Origin: Takakia lepidozioides
Lineage: Eukaryota > Plantae > Bryophyta
Assembly: GCA_030704615.1 (NCBI GenBank)
Contig: CM060732.1
Location: 64,232,001 to 64,296,000, forward strand
DNA length: 64,000 nt
Direction of reading: 5' to 3'
The notes beneath the pieces are model-generated. The model was not told where the DNA came from, ran no database searches, and was given only the letters and a program-made list of their open reading frames with translations. Both the position numbers and the translations under genes were made by a program. Of the stretch, positions 51,862 through 64,000 are shown piece by piece. Each line of letters starts with the position of its first letter. Within the stretch, counting starts at the first letter, position 1.

Positions 51862-53559
51862 TATATTCTTTTGTTGTTTGCAACATAGAATCACCCAGCA
51901 TTCATGGCAGGCGTCACCCTTCCCAGGGTGAGTTGACTTGGGTGGATATAAAATCGAGATTTTAGTGTAGTGGGTCCAGAGATTTCAGCGAATCAGCTAC
52001 AAATGGAGATCAGCGCTTCCTTCGGAGCCGGTCCTGTGTTGAATCCGAGAAATAAAACAGAAATCCTGGTCTGAATGTCAATTGAGTCATTGACACTTGG
52101 AACTTGTTATCTTATATAGATGGAACTTTGAGCTCAGCTAATAAGTTAGTGCTTCCTGGTTATGGTTTGTCCATCAATGATGCCGTGCTCCAGATAGGCT
52201 TATCCTGACGCCATAGCCACGGACTATCCACGACATCTGGCAAAGGACTGTGCAATAAACAGATTTTGATCCTCGTAGTGCGTGCAAATCTGGGTAACAA
52301 GTAACAACCAGATCAGGGGAACCCTCATACGCAAAACGGTTCTTGCACATTCCACAAGCAGACAGTTCACGGCTTTAGAGGGGCATATTATAAGCACCTT
52401 TAGGGATCTGACCCCCTGTCGGCTCCTTCCAAACCACCACTAGTGTAGCGCGTGGTGTAGAGGGTAGCTGTGGATCATCTACTCTGAGTTATCTCTTTCG
52501 CACCCACCATCTCCATTTCCTTTACCCTCCAAACTTTCCCGAATTGTTGTTGGTGCTGATTCTCTTTCGGCACAGAAAGGGCCAGATTATTCCGCGCCCA
52601 CGCGGCGGCCGCATACTTGGATTGATTGGGTTGTTGTTTCTGGTGGTGAGCAGGCATGGTGGATTGAGCCCCAGTGGCGGTCCAAGGCTTCAGTCAAAGT
52701 TGGGCTCCTGTCAACGGAGTCTCAAAGACTTCCACAATCTGCAGGAGGCAGTCTACCTCATCAGGGTGGGCCAGTGCAATCTCCCTGGGATCACTTTTAC
52801 AGCTTCTATCATGGGGGCTTTGTTTTGTTTTCTTCTCTTTTTTTTCTTTTTTTCCTACGGTAATCCTGTTCACAACAACGTCCGGGGAGAACCGGCAGCA
52901 AGTTACATGCTAGCCGACTGAATTCCAGAATTTCCGAATGAAATATGAAACTTCAGGAAATGGATCTGAGGGAAAAAATGGCCGAAGTGGAAATCAACCG
53001 GGTGCCCTACTTTTAGGAAGGATATTTGCCTTTCCATTTCATTACAGACAGGAAATCTGCCTTAGTTGGCAAGGCCTGGACGGATTCCGGCCCTTCTTAT
53101 ATTACAAAAAATGGAAATGGCCGTCGAAGTCCACCACATGGCAGAAATCCAACGTGCCAGGCCGGGTTACATCCGAGGAAGGGCGTTTAGGTGAAAAAAT
53201 ATTGAACTCAAAGAGGGCGGGCCCGCGGGCAAACCCTACTAAGTCTGGACGTTGCTCTCGCAGCCCCAGCCCCACGCCTGCTTGCACTCGCTGCCTGCTA
53301 TCACAGCTCACCTGTCCACGCGGGTTCAATTCTTGGCCTCCATGTGGTTTGAAGGCATTGACAGGTCCAACTTCTATAAGGATACAATGTTCTTCACTTG
53401 TTTGAATTGCTTAAAACTGGTTGTGATTATTTATTATTATTATTATTTACTTATTGTTGTGCATTTGACACTTGTGTTGTCAACCGGTTGATATTTATAA
53501 GGGCCGGATTTATAGCTGAACACAAAATAAATCATTAGGAATATTACCGGTTGTAAAGA

Positions 53560-53883
53560 AATTATCTCGGAAATTGACCGGGTATAGTTACCACTAAGGG
53601 GCAGCAACCGACTGCCCAACCCACTTAGCCGATTGCTGCTGGGAATGAGCGGCTACTGGCTGGTTCAACTGAAATTATTTCCCGGACGCTGGTTCACAAC
53701 TTGAGGATGGGGAAAAATTAACCCCCTTTCAGATAAGCCATTGGGCACACAGGAGGGAAACATCACCCCAGACCAACCGGTCACGAAACAAAATATACCC
53801 ACAGGACAGAGTAGCAGGACAGAGTAGCAGGATTTGAACCCTGAACCACCCGACAGTGCACTTATCCAACTCAGCTACCAGCC
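53560..53883 (-). mobile_element. tRNA-derived SINE family 2 copy
   Basis: Minus strand begins ggctggtagctgagttggataag..ggttcaaatcc (Pol III A and B boxes). Confidence 0.65.
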
Positions 53884-54945
53884 CTAAGTTAGTTTTTTAT
53901 AATTTAAAAATGCTGATTTTGTTCTTCTTTAAATAAAGGAAAGACATGGGAGCAACCGCTCCTCACAAATCAGGCCCCTTAACCCTTACTTTCCCAAGCC
54001 CTTTTTAGAGTTTTTAACAATTTTGGGTACCCAACTACAGTAAATTGCCCGCAGAAACTTACCAAAAATAATCCATAGATCCCAGCCATATATTATGTAT
54101 ATATATATATATATAACAGAAGGAGGGAAGGTGGCCTGGATTAACTTTATAGCAGGTGGACTTAAAGAAATCCAAAGAGTACAAAAGTGAGAGGGGGTAC
54201 ACAGAGGAAAGCCATGTAGAAGTGGGCCCAGCTCATTTATGCACAACATATCAAAAAATGAGCCAATTCCACCATGGGAATTGTGAGATTATAACATTGG
54301 CCCGAACCTCAAATTTCAGGTCTCAAAGGAGAAGTGGGGAAAAAAAAAAGGTTTGACCAAATCAACACATGGCTTTATCCAATGTTGCTTGTCCCAAGAC
54401 CCACCATGTCCACATCCATAGTGGAATGGCTACAGCCCCTACAAATTGCAGGTCCAACTGATTTTTTCACCTATGGTTGCTTTGTATGTAATTACATAGG
54501 GGCTAAAATCTAAAAATTGACAAGAGAAAATGTGCCTCCTAATGAAGTACTTTTTTTTCTACAAAATTTCTAAAACCCAGGGGTGGATGGATGTGTGTAC
54601 GTAATGCTCACACACCACAAGGTGGTTTTTATAATTTTTATGTGGTAGCATTTGTTTTTTTTATAAATTTTTCTTTTTGCATCATATTCTAGACAAGTCC
54701 TCTGTCATAAAAGCTTCAGGAGTAGGCCCCATCAGAGTAGATCCGCTCAAATTAGGTGGAAGTGGAAATTCAGAGCGACCCGATTGGGGTTGGGAAATTA
54801 AGAGAGGAGGAGAAAATAACCTCTTTCAAAGTAGTAACCTCAACATCATTCAACACCTATAAAAGGGGAGGGGGAGAAACAGGATTTGCCAGAATCACCT
54901 GAGTGACTACCGGCTGATGGTCTTTATTATTTTATTCGGGAGGCG

Positions 54946-54947
<2 letters not shown>

Positions 54948-54992
<45 letters not shown>
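54948..54992. repeat. (TA)n microsatellite grown from a SINE family 1 3' end
   Basis: Preceded by gggaggcgtca, the family 1 terminus. Confidence 0.85.
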
Positions 54993-55000
<8 letters not shown>

Positions 55001-55264
55001 CTTCTTTTTAAAGAAAGGGAGGATTCTCAATTCTACCACAAATAATTTGTCAGGGCCTCTGTCCCCTGTTCTTATTTTTAAAAACAAAAACCTAAAATGC
55101 AATAAAGAATTAATTTATTAAAATTAATTAAAATTAAGCTTTTATTGCATTTTATTTTTATAAATTATTTTTACATAATATATTAATTTATAAATTATTG
55201 TTGTCCACATTAAAAGTTTGAAGATAAGTCTAGATTTTGGAAGTATTGCAGATAAGTTGGCTAT

Positions 55265-55480
55265 AACTGGGAAATAATTTGAGTTGAACCGGCCAGTGGC
55301 CCCTCCTTATGAGAACCAACGGGGCTAAGTGGGTCGGGGAGTCAGTAAGTGCAATTGTCAATTTCCTATGTAAACTTCATCGATAAATTTCCTAAGGTTT
55401 CAATTATCACTCGAAAATTCCTCAAAAACAGTCGGCTAGCATGTAACTGGCTGCCAGTTCTCCCCATAGGTTGGCCATGA
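55265..55480 (+). mobile_element. SINE family 2 fragment
   Basis: Reverse-complement similarity to 48113..48305. Confidence 0.55.
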
Positions 55481-57191
55481 GAATTGAAATATCAGTGATT
55501 TATTCTTAAAGGAAATTTTGATGAATGAATCCATGGTGGATGAAGTCACCCCATTCCACAAGGATGAGATTGGAGTCAAATAAGGGAACCAGCCCTTCAA
55601 AAGGAAAAAATGGCTGGGGTATCATATATGATCATGGAAATGCAACGGTGATTCAAGTAACACCATTATTACTGCAACAGATTATAAAGGAGATACAAAA
55701 AACTTGGTCCTCCTCAAGTTCATTGGGGTTGAAGGGGTTGAGCGAGTTTCTCTCTTTAGGTTGGAACTATTAGATTTCATGAAGCTTACACAAAGTTATA
55801 TTGTTTCAAGGTTGGACCAATCAGAATGCTTGTGTGCACCCTTATACACCCCACTTTGCTGCAAATTTCTCCGGTTTCACCAAATCATCATTTGCCAAGT
55901 GGCATGTGCCCATTGGCCATCCATGGGTTGCCCATCATAGACCATCCGAGAAATAGTCTTGTATTAAAAGCCTACATTTTATATATAGCGGAAAGTTCTT
56001 GCCCCAGGACTATCGGCATATTGAGCTGAGGTGAAGGCCAGCCTGGGCTAGTTCAAAGACGGAAAAACATCCATAGGCAAGGACTTTCTGCTGCGGAAAT
56101 GCGGGCAAAGTTCCACTATGTGAAGAGCCTGATGGAACATGTGACTATCTGGCCAGGGGGATTTCCAGGAAATAATGCCCCAAATACACACAGAGTTTTT
56201 TATTGTTGTAATCTAAGGACTTCAATCCCAATCCCTAGTGTCCCAATTGACAACATTTCTAACCAGCCTTAACTCCCTATGGTCTGGCCTGTGGAACAAA
56301 GTTATACAGAATTAAATTTGCAACACCTGAGTGGCTGGAAAATTAATTTAATTTTTTTCTATGTCTTACAGTGCCTGTGTGGTGGCTATTGGAACCCCAC
56401 TCCATGGCAGCCAGGTCAGCCAAGGAATGCCAGCTGTGCAGGGGCAGTCCAGCCTTGCCACATGTTAGATGGCATTTGGGGAGGTCCCTCTCTAAAATCT
56501 TCTGTAGCCACGTCATGATGGCTTCCTGGTTCCAGGGAGGCGGGAAGCTTGATGTTGTTGCACAGACAACTATTTTCATCACCAACTGCACACACATACA
56601 CTTCACACCTGGGATGGACACAAATCGGAGCATATAAACATGGACAATCAAAGAAGAGCCTTCATTGTCGCCCTCGTGTGCCAGGTAGTCATGTACGTAA
56701 TGTGTGAAGTGAGCTCCTACATATAAGAAGCTCAAATTGTATTGCATCACCAGAGAATTTCTTCGCATATTTGTCCTCACACTTTGAGTGCTTGCCGCAA
56801 TATTGTCAAAGTCAACCACATTCGGATTCTCACTAGACGCACGGTTTTGCAATTCCATGGTACTCTACTACGGGAGATAGGGAGCGACAAGAAAAATATC
56901 GAGCTAGGGGTGAACGGGCAGATGAGCTCTATGGCGGGAATGAGCAGATCACGACAAAGAAACTTGGATTTACATGCAATAATCCCTGGAAATCCGACTT
57001 CCGAGGGAAGGCTCCACCTAAGCACCACGTCATATTTCTCTTTTATTGCCGTTCTTCCCGTGTGGTAGGTGACGGTGTCGGTTTGTGATGCATCTACCAG
57101 TCATCTAATCGAGTTTCATCCCACTGTCGTTCGTGTGGTAATGCCCTTAGACTATGGCTGCACATTGCTCAGCACTATTATAGACTACTTA

Positions 57192-57272
57192 ATAGGGCCC
57201 ACCTCCCAAAGGGGGCAGCCCTAAGGTGAAGTGACTCTTAGTTACGCCGGCCTTGGCCGGAGTCTTCTCTCT
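57192..57272 (+). mobile_element. Family E1 short retroposed element
   Basis: Matches 21807..21893. TSD tagactactta at 57181 and 57462, displaced by a nested SINE. Confidence 0.75.
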
Positions 57273-57276
57273 CTAG

Positions 57277-57452
57277 GACAACCAGCATGTAGCCGAGTGG
57301 TAATGGGCACATACCACGTTGGATGTGGTTGTGGGTTCAAACCACGGTCTGGTGTGTCATGAAGGTGTCCACCTTTAAGCTGGAAGGTAGTAGCCCGTGT
57401 GATGAAGAGACACCATAAGTTACGCTCCCTTGGGGAGGCGTCATACTTTTTT
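57277..57452 (+). mobile_element. Full-length tRNA-derived SINE family 1
   Basis: A box tagccgagtgg, B box ggttcaaacc, TSD ttctctctctag (57265, 57453). Confidence 0.85.
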
Positions 57453-58507
57453 TTCTCTCTCTAGACTACTTATGCTAACAATGTTCTTTTTTATTGGAAA
57501 TATATTTTGTGTAAAAAATAATATGAACTCTTTAAGTTTTTTTGATAAAAATAGGGTACGGGACAACAGTGTTTTCCTTTCTGGCGAAAAATCGCCAGAT
57601 TTCGACCTAGAAACTTGGTCAGCTATTTGTATAAGGGAATTTTGGGGGATAAAATTCGAGATTTTTGCCTAAAAGCACCAGCAGATAGATTTCCGGAGCC
57701 TAATCTTGCTGACATGGACCAATTAAGACGTGACACCTGGAATATAGCTACTTTTCAACTCTGTCACCTCGATATTCTCACCACATGGGCACTGCGTAGA
57801 ATTCACAGGTGACCACGCCAGCGATTTTAGAAATATGATAAAAAAAAAACACTGCTGGACAGTGGTTTTAAATCTGGCGAAAAATCGCCAGATTTTGACG
57901 TGGAAAATGGGCCTGCCCATTCTTCCTCATTGGGGGATCGCAGGGTGGGAGGGATCATATACAATATGATGAAAAAGGTAGACAAGTCTGGCGCTTTAAC
58001 ATGGTAACGAGGTAGTGGTCGCTTGCGGCTTCCATGCTTCAAAGTGGACCTGATTTTGCCTGTGCTGCTATCAAAGGGAATGTGTCCGTGGCAGGTTAGT
58101 CAGGTAAGCATGATGTAAAGGAAAATGCATATTTAAAGAAATCCCCAAACAATGTTTTGAATGGCACTCAAAACATTGTTTTGATCGGCAGTTCTATATA
58201 AAATTTGTCGATACATAAAATAATATTCTAAATGATCTAAACATAGAATTTGGTTTTATTTCAATAAAATAGCAAAGGTCTATATCTGTTTTATATATTT
58301 TAATATCTGTTATATCTATTTTACGTATTTGCTCAAAACTTAACTAGCCAAACAAAATTTATCAAGGCTTCTGTCCCATGTTCTCTTTTCAAAAAAAGAA
58401 AAAAAGAAAAAAGAAAAAAAACTAGCAAGCTTGATAGATATATTATGTGATAGAGTTGGCGGAGTAGGTCCATCATTAAAGGATGATTCTTATGATCATC
58501 TCTAACA

Positions 58508-58683
58508 ATAATAATATTTGACGCCTCCTGAAGGAAGCCTAAATTATGGTGTCTCTTCACCCCAAAGGGTTACTGCCTTCCGTTAGGAAGGTGGACACCT
58601 TTGTGACACCAAAGGTGGATTGAACCCACAACCACTTCCAAGGTGGTATGTGCCCATTACCACTGGGCTACAACTTGGTTCTC
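58508..58683 (-). mobile_element. Full-length SINE family 1
   Basis: Reverse-complement match to 57277..57445. TSD tcatctctaaca (58496, 58684). Confidence 0.85.
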
Positions 58684-59076
58684 TCATCTCTAACATATCT
58701 ATGTACAAGAGACCTTCAACTAATAGCATGACGAATTACTTACATTGTACTCCTCCAAAGTATATATATTGATAACATTGTTTTATATTATATAGATGAT
58801 ATATGTACCAAGGCTACTAAGTGAAACTTGGCAGCGAATTGCAATGCAAAGCTACGTGGTCTACACTAAAGTTTGGTGATTTTGGTGACATGAACTCCCC
58901 ACATATCTCCTTGCAGACACCAACCAGGCAATCCTGAGGTATCACGCTGAAAAATAACAGAACTTGAAGATGATAAATATTAAAGTTTAATTTAAAAAAA
59001 AGAAAATTCAAGGAATAGTGTATGGACGATCATATCATCGAGTCCATCATTGCACCTGCAAGAGCTAGAGGCTCTT

Positions 59077-59279
59077 ATTTATTTATGACGCCAACCAGAG
59101 TTAGTGTAAATAAGAGCCTCTACGAGATAAGGCTTGTTTTTTTTTTTTTTTTTTTTAAATCGAAAGGGGACGGAGGCCCTTTAATTCATATTAGAAGGAG
59201 TCTTGGAAAAATAACCAAGAGAGGGGGCATAAGGCGAGGCTCTTATTTACACTAACTCTGGTTGGCGTCATAAATAAAT
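59077..59279. repeat. Perfect 44-bp inverted repeat with 115-bp spacer
   Basis: 59077..59120 is the exact reverse complement of 59236..59279. Confidence 0.9.
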
Positions 59280-59780
59280 CCATGATGCAGATGACCAACT
59301 TATAAAAGGACTCATGGACCATTGTCATAACGTGGACCATCTCTAGTCTACACACATTGTCCAATACAGTCGGCCTGCTTTAATGTTAGGCCTCTAGAGT
59401 ATGAAATTTCTAACAGATAGCCAAGTATCACATATAACCGAAAAGCAGGGAGAATTTTCATAAATTATCAGTTACAAGAGGCACAGTAAACCAGGTCCTG
59501 CCAATGAAAGTTAACATTTAACCATTGAGTAGGTTGAAAATATAAAAGAATGTTGGTTTGTCGACAAGTAGAATGCCTAGCTAAAATCACTTCCTTCCAG
59601 ATTGCTAAACACTTCACGAGACAAGCACTAGTATTGGTGTTTTGTTGCGCAAGATATAAATGTAAAGTGTCAATGGCAGCTTGAACCTCATGAATGGATG
59701 AATGGATGGATGCTCAGCTTGAACCTCATAAATGGATGAATAGATGCTCTATTTTGAGGTCGTCTCTCTATGGAATCTAA

Positions 59781-59951
59781 AGTAAAGCATGACACCTCCC
59801 CAAGGGAGCGTACTTATGGTGTCTCTTCACAACAAGGGCTACTGACTTCCTGCTGAAAGGTGGACTTTCATGACACACCCGACCCTGGTTTGAAGCCACA
59901 ACCACATCCAACGTGGTATGTGCCCTTTACCACTCGGCTACATGTTGGTTG
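59781..59951 (-). mobile_element. Full-length SINE family 1
   Basis: Reverse-complement match to 57277..57445. TSD tctatggaatctaa (59767, 59952). Confidence 0.85.
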
Positions 59952-61471
59952 TCTATGGAATCTAACTACTAAGTAGGTGCGTTAACACTATGAAGAGTAG
60001 GATAAATTAACAATTAACCACTTAACACTCTTGACATGGTTTCTAGTGTATTTTTTTTTACAGAGTATCAAAACGGTAGTGAAATAACACATAAGCAGGT
60101 AACAATAAGGCAGGGTCGACTGTTAGTTACGCACGCGCCGACGATTACTGTACTGGCCGACATACATACTATGTTATGCAGTGGGCCATGTGTGGTGCCG
60201 GCTGGGAGGGGACGTTGACGTCCAAATACCGGCCAATTATCATCTGCCAGGTATGCTACCAGGAAATAGATGAGGGAATATCGCATGGAACAGCTTGTGA
60301 ATCATGAGTTGAATTAGGTGCAAATGGGCCACTTGTTTCCACTCTTTTATTAACCTGGCACGTGTGAGAGGTGCATAAAGGGACCACTATGTATGCATAG
60401 CATGGAGGGTCGTAATGACTAATGCTATGAGGCGTCATCAAGAGTTGAGCATATCACATGTCAAAAGCTTCCAGAAGACTCATAAAGGGGCTTCACAAAT
60501 GGATGGTAGCTACTCCACAGCTTCCGAGCTGCTCTACTGATCTTTCTTGGACTAGAATTTGCAGTCTTACGCTGGAACCCTTTTCTGTCTTCTGAAGTTT
60601 CGTTGATGGAGGTAGAAGGAGACGAGCCTGACCTCTCGGGAAACCATGATCTCTTGGTCCAGTAGCAGATGATTGGCAAGGAGGAGTGGATGCAGTTGAC
60701 CAAGTGGCTGGAGTTCTGGATATTCTTTGACTGAGTCGCCCACATGATAACTAGAGTCGCGGCGCAGGATGGGCATAGTGCGCACTTCTGGCCCTTCTGG
60801 AATAGTGAAGTTGGCACTGGCTGGTGGAAAAAGAAGCTCGGATGTTTCAACAAGGTAGAAAAGTTAAGAATGAGTTGTTTCTAATCCTGAAGAATCTTAC
60901 CGCTCAGTGACCTCGGCCATGACTTTGGCCACCGAATCCGCGACTTCCATTGACCAAACAGGAGCCGAACAGTCTCCGATGAGCGCAGTCAAGCTGTGGG
61001 ATCTTGTGAATGGCTCTTCGGATCGTCATACTGTGTCTCTCATTTTCAGTGGGAGTTGAAGTGTGTGTCGTCTACATATTAAAAAAAGGCGAAGACTCGA
61101 AGTCCTGGTGGCAATGTCTTAGCGCCCATGTTCTCTCTGACTTTGTAGGCTGAGAGTTTGATGGCTAGTGCGGCTTTCACTCTTCACTTCGTGAACCCAC
61201 TTGTAATTTCCAGATGCTGATGTGATTACTTACAACGTGCCTTCCTGGACTGAAGTGGCGTATAGATAGATGAGGTATATCTTAAATTTACTCCACGTCC
61301 AGTCTCATCTCCATTCCCATTGCGTCTAGATCAAGAGCGGACAGCTCTATGCCCCTTCGAGGGCTCGATCGTTCAAATACACCGAATATACCTTTTTTTT
61401 TCGCTGAGGTGGTGCTTCGATCCTAACTCAAGTTGCACTACATAAATCACTATGCTTTAATCATCGATCTA

Positions 61472-61800
61472 AGCAGCCGAACAACAGAATCAAGATTCTT
61501 GGTCTGTTCGCCGCTATCGCTACGGCTGAGATAATGTTGGGGCTCCGTTACCAGAAGATCATCCCTAGCATGAATCTTCCTGAGTGAAAAGTTGAAAGAC
61601 TGGTAGCTGAACTGAAATCAATGTATGGAGTGCTAGATGCTTTAATTAATTCGAGAATCTACAGCAGCCGAAACAACATAATCAAGATTCTTGGTCTATT
61701 CACCTCTATCTCTGCAGCTGCACGATAATCTTGAGACTCCGTTTCCAGAATATATTCGCTCGAGCATGACGCTTCCTGATTAAAAAGCTGAAAAAACTAC
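61472..61800. repeat. Diverged ~130-bp direct duplication
   Basis: agcagccga..aatcaagattcttggtct..cttcctga..aaaag.tgaaa at about 61472 and 61664. Confidence 0.75.
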
Positions 61801-63249
61801 TACAGGTAAATGCAGCCATCAAGTAATGAATACAAGCCTTGGAGGTGGTAAAACTATTCGTAACAATTTACTTGATGGCATCTGATGAATGCTAATGCAT
61901 TGAAGGCCAGAAATTCAGGCTTCACTCGACCTGCTTCTGGAGTCCTGACCACACGGCTTTCTGGTTGATCAAAGCTGTAAAGAGCGCGACGATGGAAAGT
62001 GGGCCCGACTGCAGAAGTTTACGAAGATTCTTAGGGGTTACAGGAGCTTCCAGGGAGACGGAGCAACAGGGGAAGAACTTCTAGGTAGTTTGGGCGCCGT
62101 TTCCGGGCATGACATCAGACACGTTTCCGTTCCAATATACTGTCCCATCACACACACTGCTTTTGGATAGGTAGCTTCTTGGAGCCTCGCTGCAGCAGCA
62201 GCTGGGCACCAACTTCATCTTGCTTGCAAGCACACATTGAGAAAGGGCCGTCGAGATCTCGCAAAGGGAAGTTATCCGAATTTGCTTATAGAGTACAACA
62301 AACTGCAAAACAGTCTAAAAATATCGCTGATGAGGATCGGGAGACCAGTGACTTGAGCATTGATCAGCTGCTTGTTTTTATTGTTCGAAAGATCACGCAA
62401 TACACGAATGGAGAACATGATTTGACAACGCACACTTCAAAACAGTAGTGTATAAATGCTCGAAATCCACTGTTCAACCTGTGGACTGTTCACTGCATTC
62501 AATCAAGTAGCTGAAGTGACAAATGTTTGAGTCGAAAGATAACTCCCTCATCATCGAATTTTCAAACGAACAATAAATGTCCAGAATCCAACTTCACTTT
62601 AGTGTTTGTCTTCTTCTAGTAAAAGCCCTGAAGTAGTTGAGGTCCATGGTGTCCGTCACCTACCAATTTGAAATTTGAATTCAAAAGGCGACCGGCAACG
62701 CATTATAAACGGTCAAAATCCGGCCTACAGCCGGTCACCGTCTCCCTCCCATTTCCTGTTTGAATGTTGATTAGGGTTTAGACTGTCTTTGTTGGGTCGC
62801 CCCAGGGTCTCAGGAGCAGAGAGGGTGACGTTGATGTAGCATCCACATGTGGAGAAATGTGGGAGACAATTCCAGTGAGACACATAGTACACTGCATTTT
62901 TGTAAGGTCATCTATGAAAATACTGAGTTTTGGCTACACTCTACTTGGGAAATAGCAGCGTAATGGAATGGAGAGGAATTAGTTGGTCTTGTTCAATACA
63001 TCACAAGTTGAGTGAGTACCTTTGAATGTGTGCAAACAAATTTGGTTTGTGAGGCTGGAAAGGTGCAGATGGGCATCACAGCATTGGGGACTCACAAGGC
63101 ACTGGCTGGCTTGGGCCATCTGTAAACTTTCTTGTCTTCAAGGATCACCTCACAACCATTTGGTTCAGAAAATAGAGGAGTCACGTCTTCCATCTAGGGG
63201 TGTAATCGTGTAAACTTATGCCACTAAGAAATACTATGAAGACGTGTTT

Positions 63250-64000
63250 TGTAAGGTTGGCAGAACGCAACTAGAACTGACTTTATGGGGCATCACCCTT
63301 TCCTGATGCATTTGCTCCTAGACCTGTACAACCTCTTTCATCATACCCATGCTGGGTATATCCTGCAATCTCCATGTTGAACACTTGAGGTGCATCCTCC
63401 AGCTCCTGCACTTGGCATACATGCGACTAAAGGTGTTATCTAAATAAACTGACATAGGATGCACTTCCAGCCCTCATGATGTCAGCATGGACCTCTCTGC
63501 CCCTTTTTAGAGCTCCTAGCATAGCAAAAGCTTTGAGAAGTACGCCAATGACTGTGACCTTGTTGGGAGTCACAGCTCCTACCAGTTGCATATGCTCATA
63601 AATCTCAAATCCATGCCCGGGCTGAGCATATCCTACAAGTATATTGTCAAACCCTTGACATGCATCCTTCATGCTCCTGCATTTAGCATACATGTCAACA
63701 ATATCCTCCGAAATCACTCCTTCCAATTGCATTTGCTCATAGATATTCAAAGTTTCATCCACATGCCTGTGCTTGACGTACCCTCTCATGATTTTAGTCC
63801 ATATAAACAGACCTCGTTCAGGCAAACACATTGCATGCATACACCTGACATACATGCTGAGAAGGGTCTTCAGTAGAAACATATGTGGCTTGAAGCCCAC
63901 TTTGGACAATGTGCGTGGGCGTGCACCTGCTTTGCCTTCGCTCGGTCCTTTCATGTTGATGCACTCTTGCAAGATACAGACATAAGTATTGGAATCTGCG
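63250..64000 (-). pseudogene. PLS-class pentatricopeptide repeat (PPR) pseudogene; continues beyond the window end
   Basis: TYVCILQEC..TLLSMYVRC..WTKIMRGYVKH..YEQMQLEGV..VDMYAKCRSMKDACQGFD..TPNKVTVIGVLLKA..LGALKRGREVHADI. Repeats are eroded by deletions and frameshifts. Confidence 0.8.

Noticed and set aside
52475-57070. Assorted 60-170 aa ORFs (e.g. 52938..53405, 56343..56858)
   Set aside because: No family motifs; they are embedded among SINEs and simple repeats.
57277-57360. tRNA gene
   Set aside because: A and B boxes are present but there is no cloverleaf. It is multicopy with TSDs, so it is a SINE head.
60461-61000. Short ORFs of moderate GC content
   Set aside because: No recognisable domain or consistent splice structure.

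Overview
Eukaryotic nuclear DNA from a land plant. Replitron remains and a PLS-class PPR fragment suggest a seed-free plant, probably a bryophyte (inference). The window has three zones. (1) About 1-30 kb is a nested mobile-element region. It holds an intron-containing Mutator-like transposase pseudogene with a GCM/WRKY-like Zn domain, a complete 3.8-kb DD35D pogo-superfamily element with TIRs and TA TSD, and a retroelement-type accessory ORF inside one copy of a direct repeat. It also holds four arrays of GACCGCC..GGCGGTC hairpins, two paralogous SAM-domain pseudogenes (one SAM+Agenet/Tudor), and a degenerate Replitron-type HUH endonuclease lying head-to-head, 180 bp from the second SAM gene. 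(2) About 31.9-45.7 kb has three intact spliced host genes: a tonoplast sugar transporter (+), a remorin (+) and a group IIb WRKY factor (-). (3) About 46-64 kb is intergenic, with an inverted, internally deleted copy of the pogo element, tRNA-derived SINEs, a Helitron remnant and a PPR pseudogene. The most novel-looking signal is the HUH nuclease facing a co-oriented run of cargo-like genes (SAM/Tudor) separated by palindromic arrays. All domain calls are by-eye motif recognition; no database searches were run.
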